A stretch of DNA of 64,000 bases, taken from contig CAKZOO010000032.1 in assembly GCA_937136455.1 (NCBI GenBank), forward strand, positions 27,383 to 91,382. Reading direction: 5' to 3'. Numbering within the stretch: position 1 is the stretch's first letter; each line of letters starts with the position of its first letter. Below the pieces are notes generated by a model. That model was not told the origin of the DNA. It saw nothing but the letters and a program-made list of their open reading frames with translations, and did no database searches. Positions 1-10,147 of the stretch are shown here, one piece after another. The DNA is from an uncultured Flavobacteriaceae bacterium. GTDB taxonomy: Bacteria > Bacteroidota > Bacteroidia > Flavobacteriales > Flavobacteriaceae. The translations under genes were made by a program, and so were the position numbers.

Positions 1-843
1 AAGTTGTTTAGGAACCTCAATTTGAAGTTGACGAGCAGCTCTAAGTACAGCTACAGCATTGGCTTCATTGACTGTCACAAGTCCATCGATATCAGGATTG
101 TTTTTTAAAAAGTCCAATAGTAGTTCTTCTAGTTGATGAAGCGTTTTTGAAAAACTTTTACCTCCATTAAATTTAATAATGTTGTTTTCATTTGGAGGTA
201 TACCTGCTTCTTTTAGGGCGTTAAGGTAACCTTCGAGTCTTTTTTTTCCAACAGTTATATAGTCTGGAGTTGTAACTATTGCGATATTTTTTCTTCCACA
301 TTCAATAAGGTGTTTAGTAACCTTATAGCCACTTTCAACATCATTGATGATGACTTTGTCGGTATTTAATTCATCGACTACACGATCGAATAACACCACT
401 GGAGTATTGTAGTCGATACATTCTTGAATGTGTGCGAAATTGTTCTTTTCCAGAGTTTCTTTTGAAAGCCCAATGATAAAACCGTCGATAGTACCTGAAT
501 TCAACAATTCGATATTGTGAACTTCTGAATTATAGGATTCATTGGACATAGACACGATCACTTTATAGTTCTTTTCCAAAGCGGCTTCCTCAATTCCCTG
601 AATGACTTTTGAGAAAAATTCATGTACAATTTCAGGAATAATAACTCCAATAGTCTTGGTGCTTTGATTTTTTAAACTAAGAGCAATATTGTTGGGTTTA
701 TAGTGATAGAGTTTTGCAAAGGCCTGCACCTTATCTTTGGTCTCTTGACTGATTTCATGACTGTCATGAAGTGCTTTTGAAACCGTAGAAATGGATAAAT
801 CGAGCTCTTTTGCGAGCATTTTTAAGGTGATTTTCTGTGCCAT
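1..843 (-). CDS. LacI-family transcriptional regulator (MalR-like), 3' end outside window
   Basis: Not in the ORF track. Manual translation from ATG at 843 gives MAQKITLKMLAKELDLSISTVSKALHDSHEISQETKDKVQAFAKLYHYKPNNIALSLKNQSTKTIGVIIPEIVHEFFSKVI, a LacI HTH followed by a sugar-binding domain. Divergent from the GH13 gene. Confidence 0.92.
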   Translation of the reverse strand, partial: MAQKITLKMLAKELDLSISTVSKALHDSHEISQETKDKVQAFAKLYHYKPNNIALSLKNQSTKTIGVIIPEIVHEFFSKVIQGIEEAALEKNYKVIVSMSNESYNSEVHNIELLNSGTIDGFIIGLSKETLEKNNFAHIQECIDYNTPVVLFDRVVDELNTDKVIINDVESGYKVTKHLIECGRKNIAIVTTPDYITVGKKRLEGYLNALKEAGIPPNENNIIKFNGGKSFSKTLHQLEELLLDFLKNNPDIDGLVTVNEANAVAVLRAARQLQIEVPKQL

Positions 844-871
844 TTTAAAAAGCTAATGAAACTTATCAACA

Positions 872-885
872 CGAAAACGATTTCG
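872..885. promoter_or_regulatory. Candidate LacI-type operator CGAAAACGATTTCG
   Basis: Near-perfect palindrome with a central CG, typical of LacI-family operators, lying between the regulator and the amylase. Confidence 0.6.
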
Positions 886-1052
886 ATTACAAGAGTTTTT
901 TCTCGAATTTTGAATAGCTTTTATTTATCGATAAGTTTACGTCTTACGAAACTATTAATTTAAATCACTAAAATCAAAACTCAGGAGAAAAACTTAATTG
1001 AATTCTAGTCTTTTACTATTAATTGTTAAGGCTTTTTCTTACAAATTTATCC

Positions 1053-4000
1053 ATGATTAAATTCTACCTACGAATACTTGTATTTCTATTTGTTTCAAAT
1101 GTCTTTGGACAACAACAAACAGGAACCTTTGTCTTTACTCCCGACTCATTTAACGAAAATGAAGCTGTGACGGTTACCGTTTCAAATGTTGACGCGTCAC
1201 AGTGGGGAGTGACGGATCTTTATATTTGGTCCTGGTTTTTTGATCTGCAAGGCAATGCAGGAAGCAGTGATGCCAACTGGAATGGAGAATGGAATAACTC
1301 CAATGAGGGTATGAAAATGACCGATAATGGAGATGGAACCTATTCGTTTAGTTTTACGCCTACAGACTTGTATCAATCTACTGGAATATCAAAAATAGGA
1401 GTTCTTGCAAAAGCCAAAGATGGATCAGGAGACAAGAAAACACAAGACTATTTAAAAGAGGTAGGAAGATTTAGTTTATCGATTAGTAGCCCCACTACAA
1501 ACAATGTGATAATTGACGCTGGAGAATCTGTAAGTATCAGTGCCAGCACTGGAAATACTCAGGCAAATTTTGAGCTTTATAGAGGAACCACCTTGATAGC
1601 AAGTGCTTCAAATGCAACTTCCTATTCCTATACGATCAGTTCCATTGCGGAGTCTGGGGTCTATACCCTTAAGGCAATCGATGCTTCGGATCCTTCGAGT
1701 TATCAGGAGTACAGTTTTAATGTGACCATTAAACCAACAGTGACTCAAGCTGCTTTACCAGCAGGATATGTCGATGGAGTTAACAGAAGAACTGACAATA
1801 AGTACAGCCTTGTGCTCTATGCTCCTCTTAAGAGTTTTGTCTATGTGATAGGAGACTTTAATAATTGGGAAAAGAACGATGCTTATTTGATGAAGTATGA
1901 CGCTGATCAAAAACGCTACTGGTTGGACTTGGATCAATTGGATCCTACACAAGAATATACCTATCAGTATTTTATTGATGGAGGAATGAAACTTGCAGAT
2001 CCTTATTCAGAGGTTATTTTAGATCCTTGGAATGATCAGTACATCAATACAACGACCTATCCAAACCTAAAAGCCTATCCTACTAAGGCATCGGGAGCAG
2101 TTTCTCTGTTGAGTAATGCTTCTGCGAATTACAATTGGACCACTACTAATTTTCAAGCTCCAGTAAAGGAAGATTTGATCATTTATGAGGTATTACTCAG
2201 AGATTTTGATACGGCTCATTCCTTTGATGCTCTTAAATCGAGATTAGATTACCTGGAGGAATTAGGAATCAACGCCATTGAGCTGATGCCTGTCAATGAA
2301 TTTGACGGGAATGAAAGCTGGGGATACAATCCTTCCTTCCACATGGCCTTGGATAAATACTACGGTACTAGAACAGCATTAAAACAATTAGTAGATGCTG
2401 CTCACCAAAGAGGAATTGCAGTGATTATTGATGTAGTATACAATCACGCCTCTTCACAAAATCCATATTTTAGAATGTGGAATACCAAGCCAGAAGGTTA
2501 TGACGGGGCACCTACTTCTGAGAATCCATTTTTTCAAATTTCACCTATTAGTCAATCTTATCTAAATTTCTTTAACGATATCAATCACAGTTCACCTGCG
2601 GTAAAGGATTATCTCAAGAGAATCAACTCTTATTGGATGGAGGAGTTTAAGATTGATGGATTTCGATTTGATCTGTCAAAGGGATTTACCAACGCGACCG
2701 ATGCTGAGGCTTATAATTCAGGTAGGATTTCCTACTTAAAATCAATTGCTGACGATATTTGGTCAGTAGATTCTGATGCTTATGTGATTTTTGAGCATTT
2801 TCAAAACCAAGAAGAACAAGAATTTTCCACTTATGGGATCATGAGTTGGGGGGAAGAGTTTCATTCCTATTCTCAAGCTCAAATGGGTTATGACAATTCT
2901 AACTTATCGGGTGCCTACTATAAAAACAGAGGATTTTCAAATCCAACTCTAGTGAGTTTTATGGAGAGTCACGACAAGGATCGTGTGATGTATAAGAACC
3001 TTATTTTTGGAAACTCAAATAGTAACTATTCAATTAGAAACCTTCAAACAGCACTCGATAGAACTAAACTAACAGCCCCTTTCTTATTTTTATTACCGGG
3101 ACCTAAGATGTTGTGGCAGTTTGGAGAACTGGGTTACGACAAAAGTATATTTCAGTGTACTGACGGAACGGTTCCCGAGCCTTATGGAACCGATAATTGC
3201 AAACTTGGGAACAAGCCTTCAGTCTGGGAAGATCAACTCAATTACAATACTGATCCGAATCGATTAAATGTGTATAATAATTTTGCAAGAGTGATTAAGC
3301 TCAAAAAACATGAGGATATCTTCAATAGAGTCCCTCAGAGCTTGGAGCTATCTAATCAGTATATGAAAAAAATGGTTTTTGTAAACCCAGAGGCTACTGG
3401 TGAAGCAATTTCTAAAGTCATCGTAATTGGTAATTTTGATCTAGTTAAAAGGACTACGGTCTTGACTTTTGACACGAATGATCAGTGGTACGATCTTATT
3501 AAAAACAATGCAGTAGTTCCAATTGAAAACAATAAATTGGAACTTAATCTAGCTCCTGGACAATATGTAGTGATTGCAGACAAACCAACTACTTTGGCAG
3601 ATGGAAACCAACAAGACAATTGCCCTTATGTAGATAATCCTGATCAAACAGATTCTGACAACGATGGATTAGGAGATCTCTGTGATGACGATGACGATAA
3701 TGACGGAGTGCTCGATATTTACGATACCTGTCCAAATACCCCAGAGGGAGTGATGGTCGACGCCAGTGGATGTGAAGTCTTTAGTTTGTACGAGGGGACT
3801 TTTAGTGTTAAAACAATTGCAGCTAGCTGTGTAAATTCAAATAATGGTGCTATTGAAATTAGTTCCACAAACAACAATTATACCTATAGCGTATCCATAT
3901 CTGGACAGGCTAGTATGACCTTAAATTCTGAAACTGGATATACTCAACAACTAACAGGATTGGATGTAGGTAACTACGAGGTGTGTTTTAATGTCGATGG

Positions 4001-4505
4001 GCAGGATGGGTACATACAGTGTTATAGTGTTCAAATTGTTGAACCGGCTCCCCTTTCTGCAAGTTCAAAAGTGAATTACAGTGATCGTTCAGTTCAACTG
4101 AGTATGAATGGATCAGAATTCTATACCGTTACTCTAAATGGAAAATCCACAGTTACTAGTAGTAGTGATCTTCAATTGGATTTAAAATCGGGAATGAATT
4201 ATTTAGAAATAACGACAGACCTTTCTTGTCAAGGAACTTATTACGAAGAAGTTTTTGTGTCAGAAGAGGTACTCGTATATCCTAACCCAACTAAAGATTG
4301 GGCACAGCTTTATGTAGGTGGAGTAGATGAATTAGTAGCGATTTCGATTAGTGACCTAAATGGTCGACTTCATCATATAAATGAATATCAAATACCGGCA
4401 AATAGAGTTGTGGAACTTGATTTAAGCAATTATATTTCAGGAGTTTATATTATTCAATTAAGTTCGAAGACCCTACAGTCTAATTTAAAAGTGATAAAAG
4501 AGTAA
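1053..4505 (+). CDS. Secreted GH13 alpha-amylase-family protein with TSP3-like repeats and T9SS C-terminal domain
   Basis: Signal peptide from ATG 1053. GH13 motifs DVVYNH, DGFRFDLSKG and ESHD, a CBM48-like segment, DxDxDG repeats, and a C-terminal YPNPT...GVYIIQL...KVIKE sorting signal. Confidence 0.9.
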   Translation: MIKFYLRILVFLFVSNVFGQQQTGTFVFTPDSFNENEAVTVTVSNVDASQWGVTDLYIWSWFFDLQGNAGSSDANWNGEWNNSNEGMKMTDNGDGTYSFSFTPTDLYQSTGISKIGVLAKAKDGSGDKKTQDYLKEVGRFSLSISSPTTNNVIIDAGESVSISASTGNTQANFELYRGTTLIASASNATSYSYTISSIAESGVYTLKAIDASDPSSYQEYSFNVTIKPTVTQAALPAGYVDGVNRRTDNKYSLVLYAPLKSFVYVIGDFNNWEKNDAYLMKYDADQKRYWLDLDQLDPTQEYTYQYFIDGGMKLADPYSEVILDPWNDQYINTTTYPNLKAYPTKASGAVSLLSNASANYNWTTTNFQAPVKEDLIIYEVLLRDFDTAHSFDALKSRLDYLEELGINAIELMPVNEFDGNESWGYNPSFHMALDKYYGTRTALKQLVDAAHQRGIAVIIDVVYNHASSQNPYFRMWNTKPEGYDGAPTSENPFFQISPISQSYLNFFNDINHSSPAVKDYLKRINSYWMEEFKIDGFRFDLSKGFTNATDAEAYNSGRISYLKSIADDIWSVDSDAYVIFEHFQNQEEQEFSTYGIMSWGEEFHSYSQAQMGYDNSNLSGAYYKNRGFSNPTLVSFMESHDKDRVMYKNLIFGNSNSNYSIRNLQTALDRTKLTAPFLFLLPGPKMLWQFGELGYDKSIFQCTDGTVPEPYGTDNCKLGNKPSVWEDQLNYNTDPNRLNVYNNFARVIKLKKHEDIFNRVPQSLELSNQYMKKMVFVNPEATGEAISKVIVIGNFDLVKRTTVLTFDTNDQWYDLIKNNAVVPIENNKLELNLAPGQYVVIADKPTTLADGNQQDNCPYVDNPDQTDSDNDGLGDLCDDDDDNDGVLDIYDTCPNTPEGVMVDASGCEVFSLYEGTFSVKTIAASCVNSNNGAIEISSTNNNYTYSVSISGQASMTLNSETGYTQQLTGLDVGNYEVCFNVDGQDGYIQCYSVQIVEPAPLSASSKVNYSDRSVQLSMNGSEFYTVTLNGKSTVTSSSDLQLDLKSGMNYLEITTDLSCQGTYYEEVFVSEEVLVYPNPTKDWAQLYVGGVDELVAISISDLNGRLHHINEYQIPANRVVELDLSNYISGVYIIQLSSKTLQSNLKVIKE

Positions 4506-4509
4506 GAAG

Positions 4510-5217
4510 ATGAAAAAGATAGGATTTATAGTATTATTGAGTTTTTTAGGAGTTTCTTGTTCAAAAGACACTCCAGGTGGAGGAGGTGGAGGAACGACTC
4601 CAACACCAACGGCAAAGACACCAGGTAAAGCTGTTTTGACTTCTCCAGCAAACAACAAGACTTGTGAAGAGGTCAATACATCAGGACAGGTTACTTTTAG
4701 TTGGAATGCTTCAACGGACACGGACAAATACGATTTAAAGATTACCAACCTCAATACTCAGGGAGTCAATAATCAGAACAATATTACGACGACTTCAAAG
4801 GCGGTAACTCTTACAAAGGGAATTCCTTATTCATGGAGTATTACCTCAAAGAATGAAGGGACTAAAACCACCACTAGTGACACTTGGCAGTTTTATTTGG
4901 CAGGAGACGGTGTGGTTAATTACGCCCCCTTTCCAGCGACTGCTGTAAGCCCTTCTCCTGGAGCTAGTGTGGCGAGAACAAGCGGTAAAGTAACAATTGA
5001 GTGGAGTGGAAGTGATGCCGATAACGACAGCTTGACGTATACCTTAGAAATGGATACTATAGACGGCATTCAAGGAACCGTGATCGCAGAGGACATCAGT
5101 GCATCAAGTATGGAATTAAGCGTCGAAGCAGATACCGTTTACTATTGGAGAGTGATCTCCTCCGATGGACAAAACACATCGACGAGTATTGTGTATACCT
5201 TTAGAACGACTAGTTAA
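4510..5217 (+). CDS. Lipoprotein with two fibronectin-III/Ig-like domains
   Basis: Lipobox (VSC), Gly/Thr-Pro linker, YSWSITS and YYWRVIS beta-strand motifs. Starts 4 bp after the T9SS cargo gene. Confidence 0.7.
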   Translation: MKKIGFIVLLSFLGVSCSKDTPGGGGGGTTPTPTAKTPGKAVLTSPANNKTCEEVNTSGQVTFSWNASTDTDKYDLKITNLNTQGVNNQNNITTTSKAVTLTKGIPYSWSITSKNEGTKTTTSDTWQFYLAGDGVVNYAPFPATAVSPSPGASVARTSGKVTIEWSGSDADNDSLTYTLEMDTIDGIQGTVIAEDISASSMELSVEADTVYYWRVISSDGQNTSTSIVYTFRTTS

Positions 5218-5229
5218 TCGTAAATAAAG

Positions 5230-5958
5230 TTATCTTCTGTGGTAAACTTCTTCAAAGGGAACTCTGCAACGTTCACCCCAGATGCCGTCATCTCCTTTTC
5301 GAATTCCACAGGAGATTGCCATATTGATTTCAGCACCACCCGGTAAGTTGAGTAAGCTTTTCATTCTTCTACTGTCCAAACCTTCTATAGGACAAGTATC
5401 GTATCCCTGTTCAGCCATCGCTAACATAAATGTTTGAGCGGCTAAGGCACAGGATTTATGTGCCACTGCTCTAATGTCACTTTCAGATACCTCTCTAACA
5501 ATCGGCTTAAATAAACCAACAGTTGAAGTTATTAAAACTCTAATGGCTCCTAATATTCCATAAAATCTAGCGTATAAAAAAGGCATGATTTTACCATAGT
5601 ATACTTCGCGATCTTTAATGCGTTTTAGTTGGCGAGCAACTGGGCTGTAATTTTTGATATTGTCACGTTCAAACTCCAATACGTATTGGGCTCTCTTGCG
5701 GTGTAAATCCTGTCTGGTCACAAACACTACTATTTCCTTGGCGGTTCGAGTGGCTGATTGATTTAAACAGACTTTTGAAACTTTTTCTTTTAAATCTTTT
5801 TGAGTGATGTGGTAAAACTCCCAGAGCTGCATATTAGAACTGTTTGGAGCTAGCGTTGCTAATTCTAGACAGTGTTTCACCTTTTGAGTATCGATTTCTT
5901 TTTCTGGATCATAAACTCTAACAGAGCGTCTGTAATTTAAAAGTTCTTCTAAGTTCAT
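5230..5958 (-). CDS. Nitroreductase family protein
   Basis: RRSVR, APNSSNMQLWEF and GYDTCPIEG motifs. Confidence 0.9.
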   Translation of the reverse strand: MNLEELLNYRRSVRVYDPEKEIDTQKVKHCLELATLAPNSSNMQLWEFYHITQKDLKEKVSKVCLNQSATRTAKEIVVFVTRQDLHRKRAQYVLEFERDNIKNYSPVARQLKRIKDREVYYGKIMPFLYARFYGILGAIRVLITSTVGLFKPIVREVSESDIRAVAHKSCALAAQTFMLAMAEQGYDTCPIEGLDSRRMKSLLNLPGGAEINMAISCGIRKGDDGIWGERCRVPFEEVYHRR

Positions 5959-5978
5959 CAATTGTTTTAAAGTTCTAA

Positions 5979-6740
5979 TTATTGGTATAAATCGTTTAAA
6001 TCAGCATTTGATAAATCCACAAATAAATCACTGACTTTATCGGTGAGATCATTAAAGTAACGTTCGCCTTTTTCAGCGGTAGATTTTTTGGGATTGCCAA
6101 TGCCGGTATCTTCACTGACATCGGACCATTTTCTCTCAGCCCAAGCCCATTTTTCTCGAATTCCTCTCACTTTGTGTTTCTTTTCTTTGCCCATCCCTGC
6201 ACTGTTTAGTGAAGATACTAATTGAGGATGTAAATGCATCATCAAACTAGTTTCCATTTCATCGGCATGATCTCCATCCTCTTCAAAGTAGTTACTCTTA
6301 TCCAATACTTGATAGAAATTGCAAAAGCTCAAGAGCATTTCTGGAAATTCCAATCCTAATTGTCTGAGCATGGGTTTAAAATCATTGCCCCCATGGCTGT
6401 TGAGAATTAAAAACTTCTTTACATTTTGACGATTCAATACCGTTAAAATGTCTCTGATGATTGCCATCTGAGTCGTAGGGTTTAGATTGATGTCGAGATA
6501 GATGTCGCTTTGACCCGTATTGACTCCAAAAGGAATGGTCGGTAGTACAATCACTTTGGCATTTTTCTCAGTAGCCTTTCGAGCCGCTTCTGTGGCAATG
6601 GCATCTCCTTCATAAACATCAGTTCCATAGGGCAGGTGGTAATTGTGGGCTTCAGTTGCACCCCAAGCCATAACCGCTAATTCGAAGCGTTCTGTTTTTA
6701 AATTTTTCCAATTGTTTTCAGCTAGTAGGTAGGTTCTCAT
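5979..6740 (-). CDS. Creatininase family amidohydrolase
   Basis: GATEAHNYHLPYGTD, NSHGGN and HADEMETS motifs. Confidence 0.9.
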   Translation of the reverse strand: MRTYLLAENNWKNLKTERFELAVMAWGATEAHNYHLPYGTDVYEGDAIATEAARKATEKNAKVIVLPTIPFGVNTGQSDIYLDINLNPTTQMAIIRDILTVLNRQNVKKFLILNSHGGNDFKPMLRQLGLEFPEMLLSFCNFYQVLDKSNYFEEDGDHADEMETSLMMHLHPQLVSSLNSAGMGKEKKHKVRGIREKWAWAERKWSDVSEDTGIGNPKKSTAEKGERYFNDLTDKVSDLFVDLSNADLNDLYQ

Positions 6741-6810
6741 AGATAGGGTTTTTGTTTTAGCTATTGATTAAAATTAGTGATATAAAGTCAATTGTCCATA
6801 TATTTATAGT

Positions 6811-7539
6811 ATGGGTATTCAGTATTTGTTTTTGCTCTTGGCATTGATAGCTGAGATTTTAGGAACCATTGGAGGATTTGGATCTTCTGTTTTCTTTGTT
6901 CCCTTAGGAAATTTTTATTTTGATTTCTATTCTGTTCTCGGAATAACAGCACTGTTTCACTTATCGAGCAATATCAGTAAGATCTTTTTGTTTAAAAAGG
7001 GATTGAATAAAAAACTCATTCTCTATATCGGAATCCCTTCAGTGCTCTTTGTGAGTGTCGGTGGCTTACTCTCTAAATACATCTCTACCACTTCTTTAGA
7101 AATTGCATTAGGAGGTTTTTTAATTGTGCTGAGCAGTCTTTTTTTAATTGTAAAAAGACTCGAAGTAAAGCCCACAAAATTCAATTCTATCATCGGGGGG
7201 ACCTTATCTGGGTTTTCTGCGGGGATGCTAGGAACAGGTGGAGCGATTAGAGGACTAACGATGGCGGCCTTTAATCTTGAAAAGTCGGTATTTATAGCGA
7301 CATCGGCTCTGATCGATTTGATGATCGATGCCACGAGAACAGTTGTGTATTTTCAAAACGGTTACATCCATGAGCACGATCTGATTTACATTCCATTTCT
7401 GTTAGTAATAGGTCTTTTGGGGACTTATATTGGAAAACGTATTCTACACTTTATACCTCAAGACCGATTCAAAAGATTCTCATTGTATTTAATCCTGCTT
7501 ATCGGTTTGATCAGCATTGTGCGATATTGGATTAAGTAA
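6811..7539 (+). CDS. TauE/SafE (sulfite exporter) family membrane protein
   Basis: GFGSSVFFVP and GMLGTGGA motifs, about 8 TM segments. Confidence 0.85.
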   Translation: MGIQYLFLLLALIAEILGTIGGFGSSVFFVPLGNFYFDFYSVLGITALFHLSSNISKIFLFKKGLNKKLILYIGIPSVLFVSVGGLLSKYISTTSLEIALGGFLIVLSSLFLIVKRLEVKPTKFNSIIGGTLSGFSAGMLGTGGAIRGLTMAAFNLEKSVFIATSALIDLMIDATRTVVYFQNGYIHEHDLIYIPFLLVIGLLGTYIGKRILHFIPQDRFKRFSLYLILLIGLISIVRYWIK

Positions 7540-7727
7540 AAGCAATTCATTTAAAGGCTTACTACCTTTCTTTTCGACACATATAACACTGAAAACAAAA
7601 TATGTGAAAGATAATTGGAGCATTCTTTATCCTTAATTTATAGCTTATATTTGTTTTTGTGCTAGCAAAAGAGTCTTAAAATAGACCATAGGTGTTACGC
7701 AATCCAAACCAAACTAAAACTATTTTT

Positions 7728-10079
7728 ATGAATTCAAAAATCAATGGATTAATTCTCTTGATGAATGTTCTTCTCCTCTTTGGATGTGAGTCTGCTGATG
7801 AGTCATTTGGTGAAATAAAACTTTCCTTCGAAGGAATTCAAGGGACTCAAGAATACGATACAAGTTCATACATCACTTCAGGGGATCGACTCTATGCTAT
7901 TGGAGCACAAAATGGAACTTTTCCTGAAATCGGTTGGCATATTAAAGACGAGATGGGAGGAGTGTGGGACCACCCTATCAAATTGCTAGACGGGTATCAA
8001 GTATCTTTAATAACTGCTGATCAAGAGGTTGAACTAAACAATGCCAAATTTACAAATTATCCATTTGTTAATAGTTTTGAATATGAGTTGTCTAGTCTTC
8101 AATTAAAAGTAAATCAGCTACAGTTTGTTCCTGATCAAAAAGAGGGGATGATTGTTGAATACGAGTTGATTAACACTGCTGATAAAGCCATTACAACTGA
8201 TTTTAAATTCTCATTTAGTGTAGATTTAAGACCCACATGGCTAGGGGAACAATCCCAAATGATCGACGGGAAAGATCTACTTACTTTTGATGATCAACAG
8301 CAAGTTTTTATTTCAAAAGATGAACTAAATGAATGGTATGTTGTAGTTGGTATGTCTAAAGGACTTGAAGCATCCAATCAAACCAAGAGTAATTATAAGG
8401 GAAATGGTATCAGAGGAGATTTAATAACAAGAGTAGCACTCAAACCAAAGGAAATTCAAACCATTAAAGTTTTTATAGCGGGATCTTATATGTCAAAACA
8501 AAAGGCTTTGAGTAGTCTGGATGAAATAAGAGAGCATTCAAAAGCCTTGCTAGTTGAAAAAACGAATCGTTTTAATCTAATAAACGAAAATAGTAAACTA
8601 ACAACATCGGATAAAGAATTCGATCAGCGTTTTCGTTGGATTAAATACAATTCTGATTGGTTTGTTCGAGAAGTCCCTGAAATTGGAAGAGGAATTGCTG
8701 CGGGATATCCCGATTATCCATGGTGGTTTGGTTGTGATAGTGAATACGCACTTCAAGGGTATTTAGCAATTGGGAATCACCAGCTGACTAAATCGACAAT
8801 TGAATTGTTGGCATCGCTTTCTAATAAAACAAATTCCAATGGAAGAATTATTCATGAAACCTCAACGAATGGAGTAGTCTTTAACCCTGGGAACATTAAT
8901 GAGACCCCTCAGTTTTGGTCCTTGCTATGGAAGACTTATCAGTGGACTGGAGACGAGCAAATTCTACTCAACTATTTCGATTTAGTTAAAAAGGGAAGTC
9001 AATGGTTATTAACAGAGCGAGATGAAGATCAAAATGGATTTCCAGAAGGAGCTGGGATGATGGAAATTCACGGTTTGGAGAGTGAAATGATCGATGTAGT
9101 ATCATATACACAAAGTGGTTTGGAAGATGCCTCAAAGATTGCTCAAGTATTGGGAGAGGATGAATTAGCTAGAGAATTTTTAAATAAAGCATCTCAACTT
9201 AAAGAACAAATTAATTCAGAATTTTGGGTTGAAGATTTTAATTCTTATGGAGATTTTATTGCAAATGATCAACAAACACTTCATTTGATTGAAGATGCTA
9301 TTGTTAGAGCTGACACGCTCAATAAACCTTGGGCTGTTCAAGAGCTACAGCAGACTAAAAGTTATGTATTGCAAAACCCAAGTAAATCGAATAGACCTTT
9401 TGTGCTTCATCACAATTGGGTGGTTAATACACCTTTGGAAATGAAGATAGCTGATAAAGTAAAAGCTGATAAAGCACTTGAAACTGCTCGAAAATTTGTC
9501 AATCCATTTGGAGTATTTGTGACAGGTATCGATCGTGATGAATCTGCAGGCAAAGACAGTGGTTCTTTTAAGGGGAGTGAAATTTTTTCATATACAGGAG
9601 CGGTAATGACCTTGCCAACAGGAGTAAGTGCTGTTGCAGAAAACAATTATGGCAACCCAGATCGCGCATTGGATTATTTAACTAGAATGGGGAGAAGTTT
9701 TAGTTATGCACTTCCAGGTAGTTTTTACGAAGTATCTCCAGATTACGGAATGTTTGCTCAAGCTTGGAATATTTATAGTTATGCAGTTCCTGTTGTACAA
9801 CAGTTTTTTGGAATACAACCCAATGCTGCATCTAAGAGAATTGAAATACAACCACTAATGCCATCTTCTTGGGAATATGCTAATCTCGAAAATGTAAAGG
9901 TGGGATCAAATACCATAAGTGTATTTTATAATAAATTAGAAAAGGGATATGAATTGAAAATACATTCTAAAGATCCCAATTGGATAATAGAAGTACTCCC
10001 TAGAGAAGATTTTGAGCTTATTGAAACAATAGAAATTAACAATCAAACAAAAGCTTATAAGTATCAAAACAACAATTAA
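7728..10079 (+). CDS. Lipoprotein glycoside hydrolase, glycogen-debranching/amylo-alpha-1,6-glucosidase-like (alpha/alpha)6 family
   Basis: Lipobox LFGC. AGYPDYPWWFGCDS, GRIIHE, ETPQF and QAWN motifs typical of GDE_C-like six-hairpin glycosidases. Confidence 0.75.
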   Translation: MNSKINGLILLMNVLLLFGCESADESFGEIKLSFEGIQGTQEYDTSSYITSGDRLYAIGAQNGTFPEIGWHIKDEMGGVWDHPIKLLDGYQVSLITADQEVELNNAKFTNYPFVNSFEYELSSLQLKVNQLQFVPDQKEGMIVEYELINTADKAITTDFKFSFSVDLRPTWLGEQSQMIDGKDLLTFDDQQQVFISKDELNEWYVVVGMSKGLEASNQTKSNYKGNGIRGDLITRVALKPKEIQTIKVFIAGSYMSKQKALSSLDEIREHSKALLVEKTNRFNLINENSKLTTSDKEFDQRFRWIKYNSDWFVREVPEIGRGIAAGYPDYPWWFGCDSEYALQGYLAIGNHQLTKSTIELLASLSNKTNSNGRIIHETSTNGVVFNPGNINETPQFWSLLWKTYQWTGDEQILLNYFDLVKKGSQWLLTERDEDQNGFPEGAGMMEIHGLESEMIDVVSYTQSGLEDASKIAQVLGEDELAREFLNKASQLKEQINSEFWVEDFNSYGDFIANDQQTLHLIEDAIVRADTLNKPWAVQELQQTKSYVLQNPSKSNRPFVLHHNWVVNTPLEMKIADKVKADKALETARKFVNPFGVFVTGIDRDESAGKDSGSFKGSEIFSYTGAVMTLPTGVSAVAENNYGNPDRALDYLTRMGRSFSYALPGSFYEVSPDYGMFAQAWNIYSYAVPVVQQFFGIQPNAASKRIEIQPLMPSSWEYANLENVKVGSNTISVFYNKLEKGYELKIHSKDPNWIIEVLPREDFELIETIEINNQTKAYKYQNNN

Positions 10080-10147
10080 CATATAATTCCTATATATATA
10101 CTAGGAAATATAAATAAAAAGAGTATTTTTGACCAAAATTTTAAACG

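Noticed and set aside
4570-4630. GGT/GGA and ACx-CCA repeats as a phase-variable tract
   Set aside because: Mixed codons encoding a Gly/Thr-Pro linker, not a pure slippage repeat.
7728-10079. AT-rich glycosidase gene as a second GpC-free island
   Set aside because: GC dinucleotides and alanines are present throughout. This serves as a control that AT-richness alone does not remove GpC.
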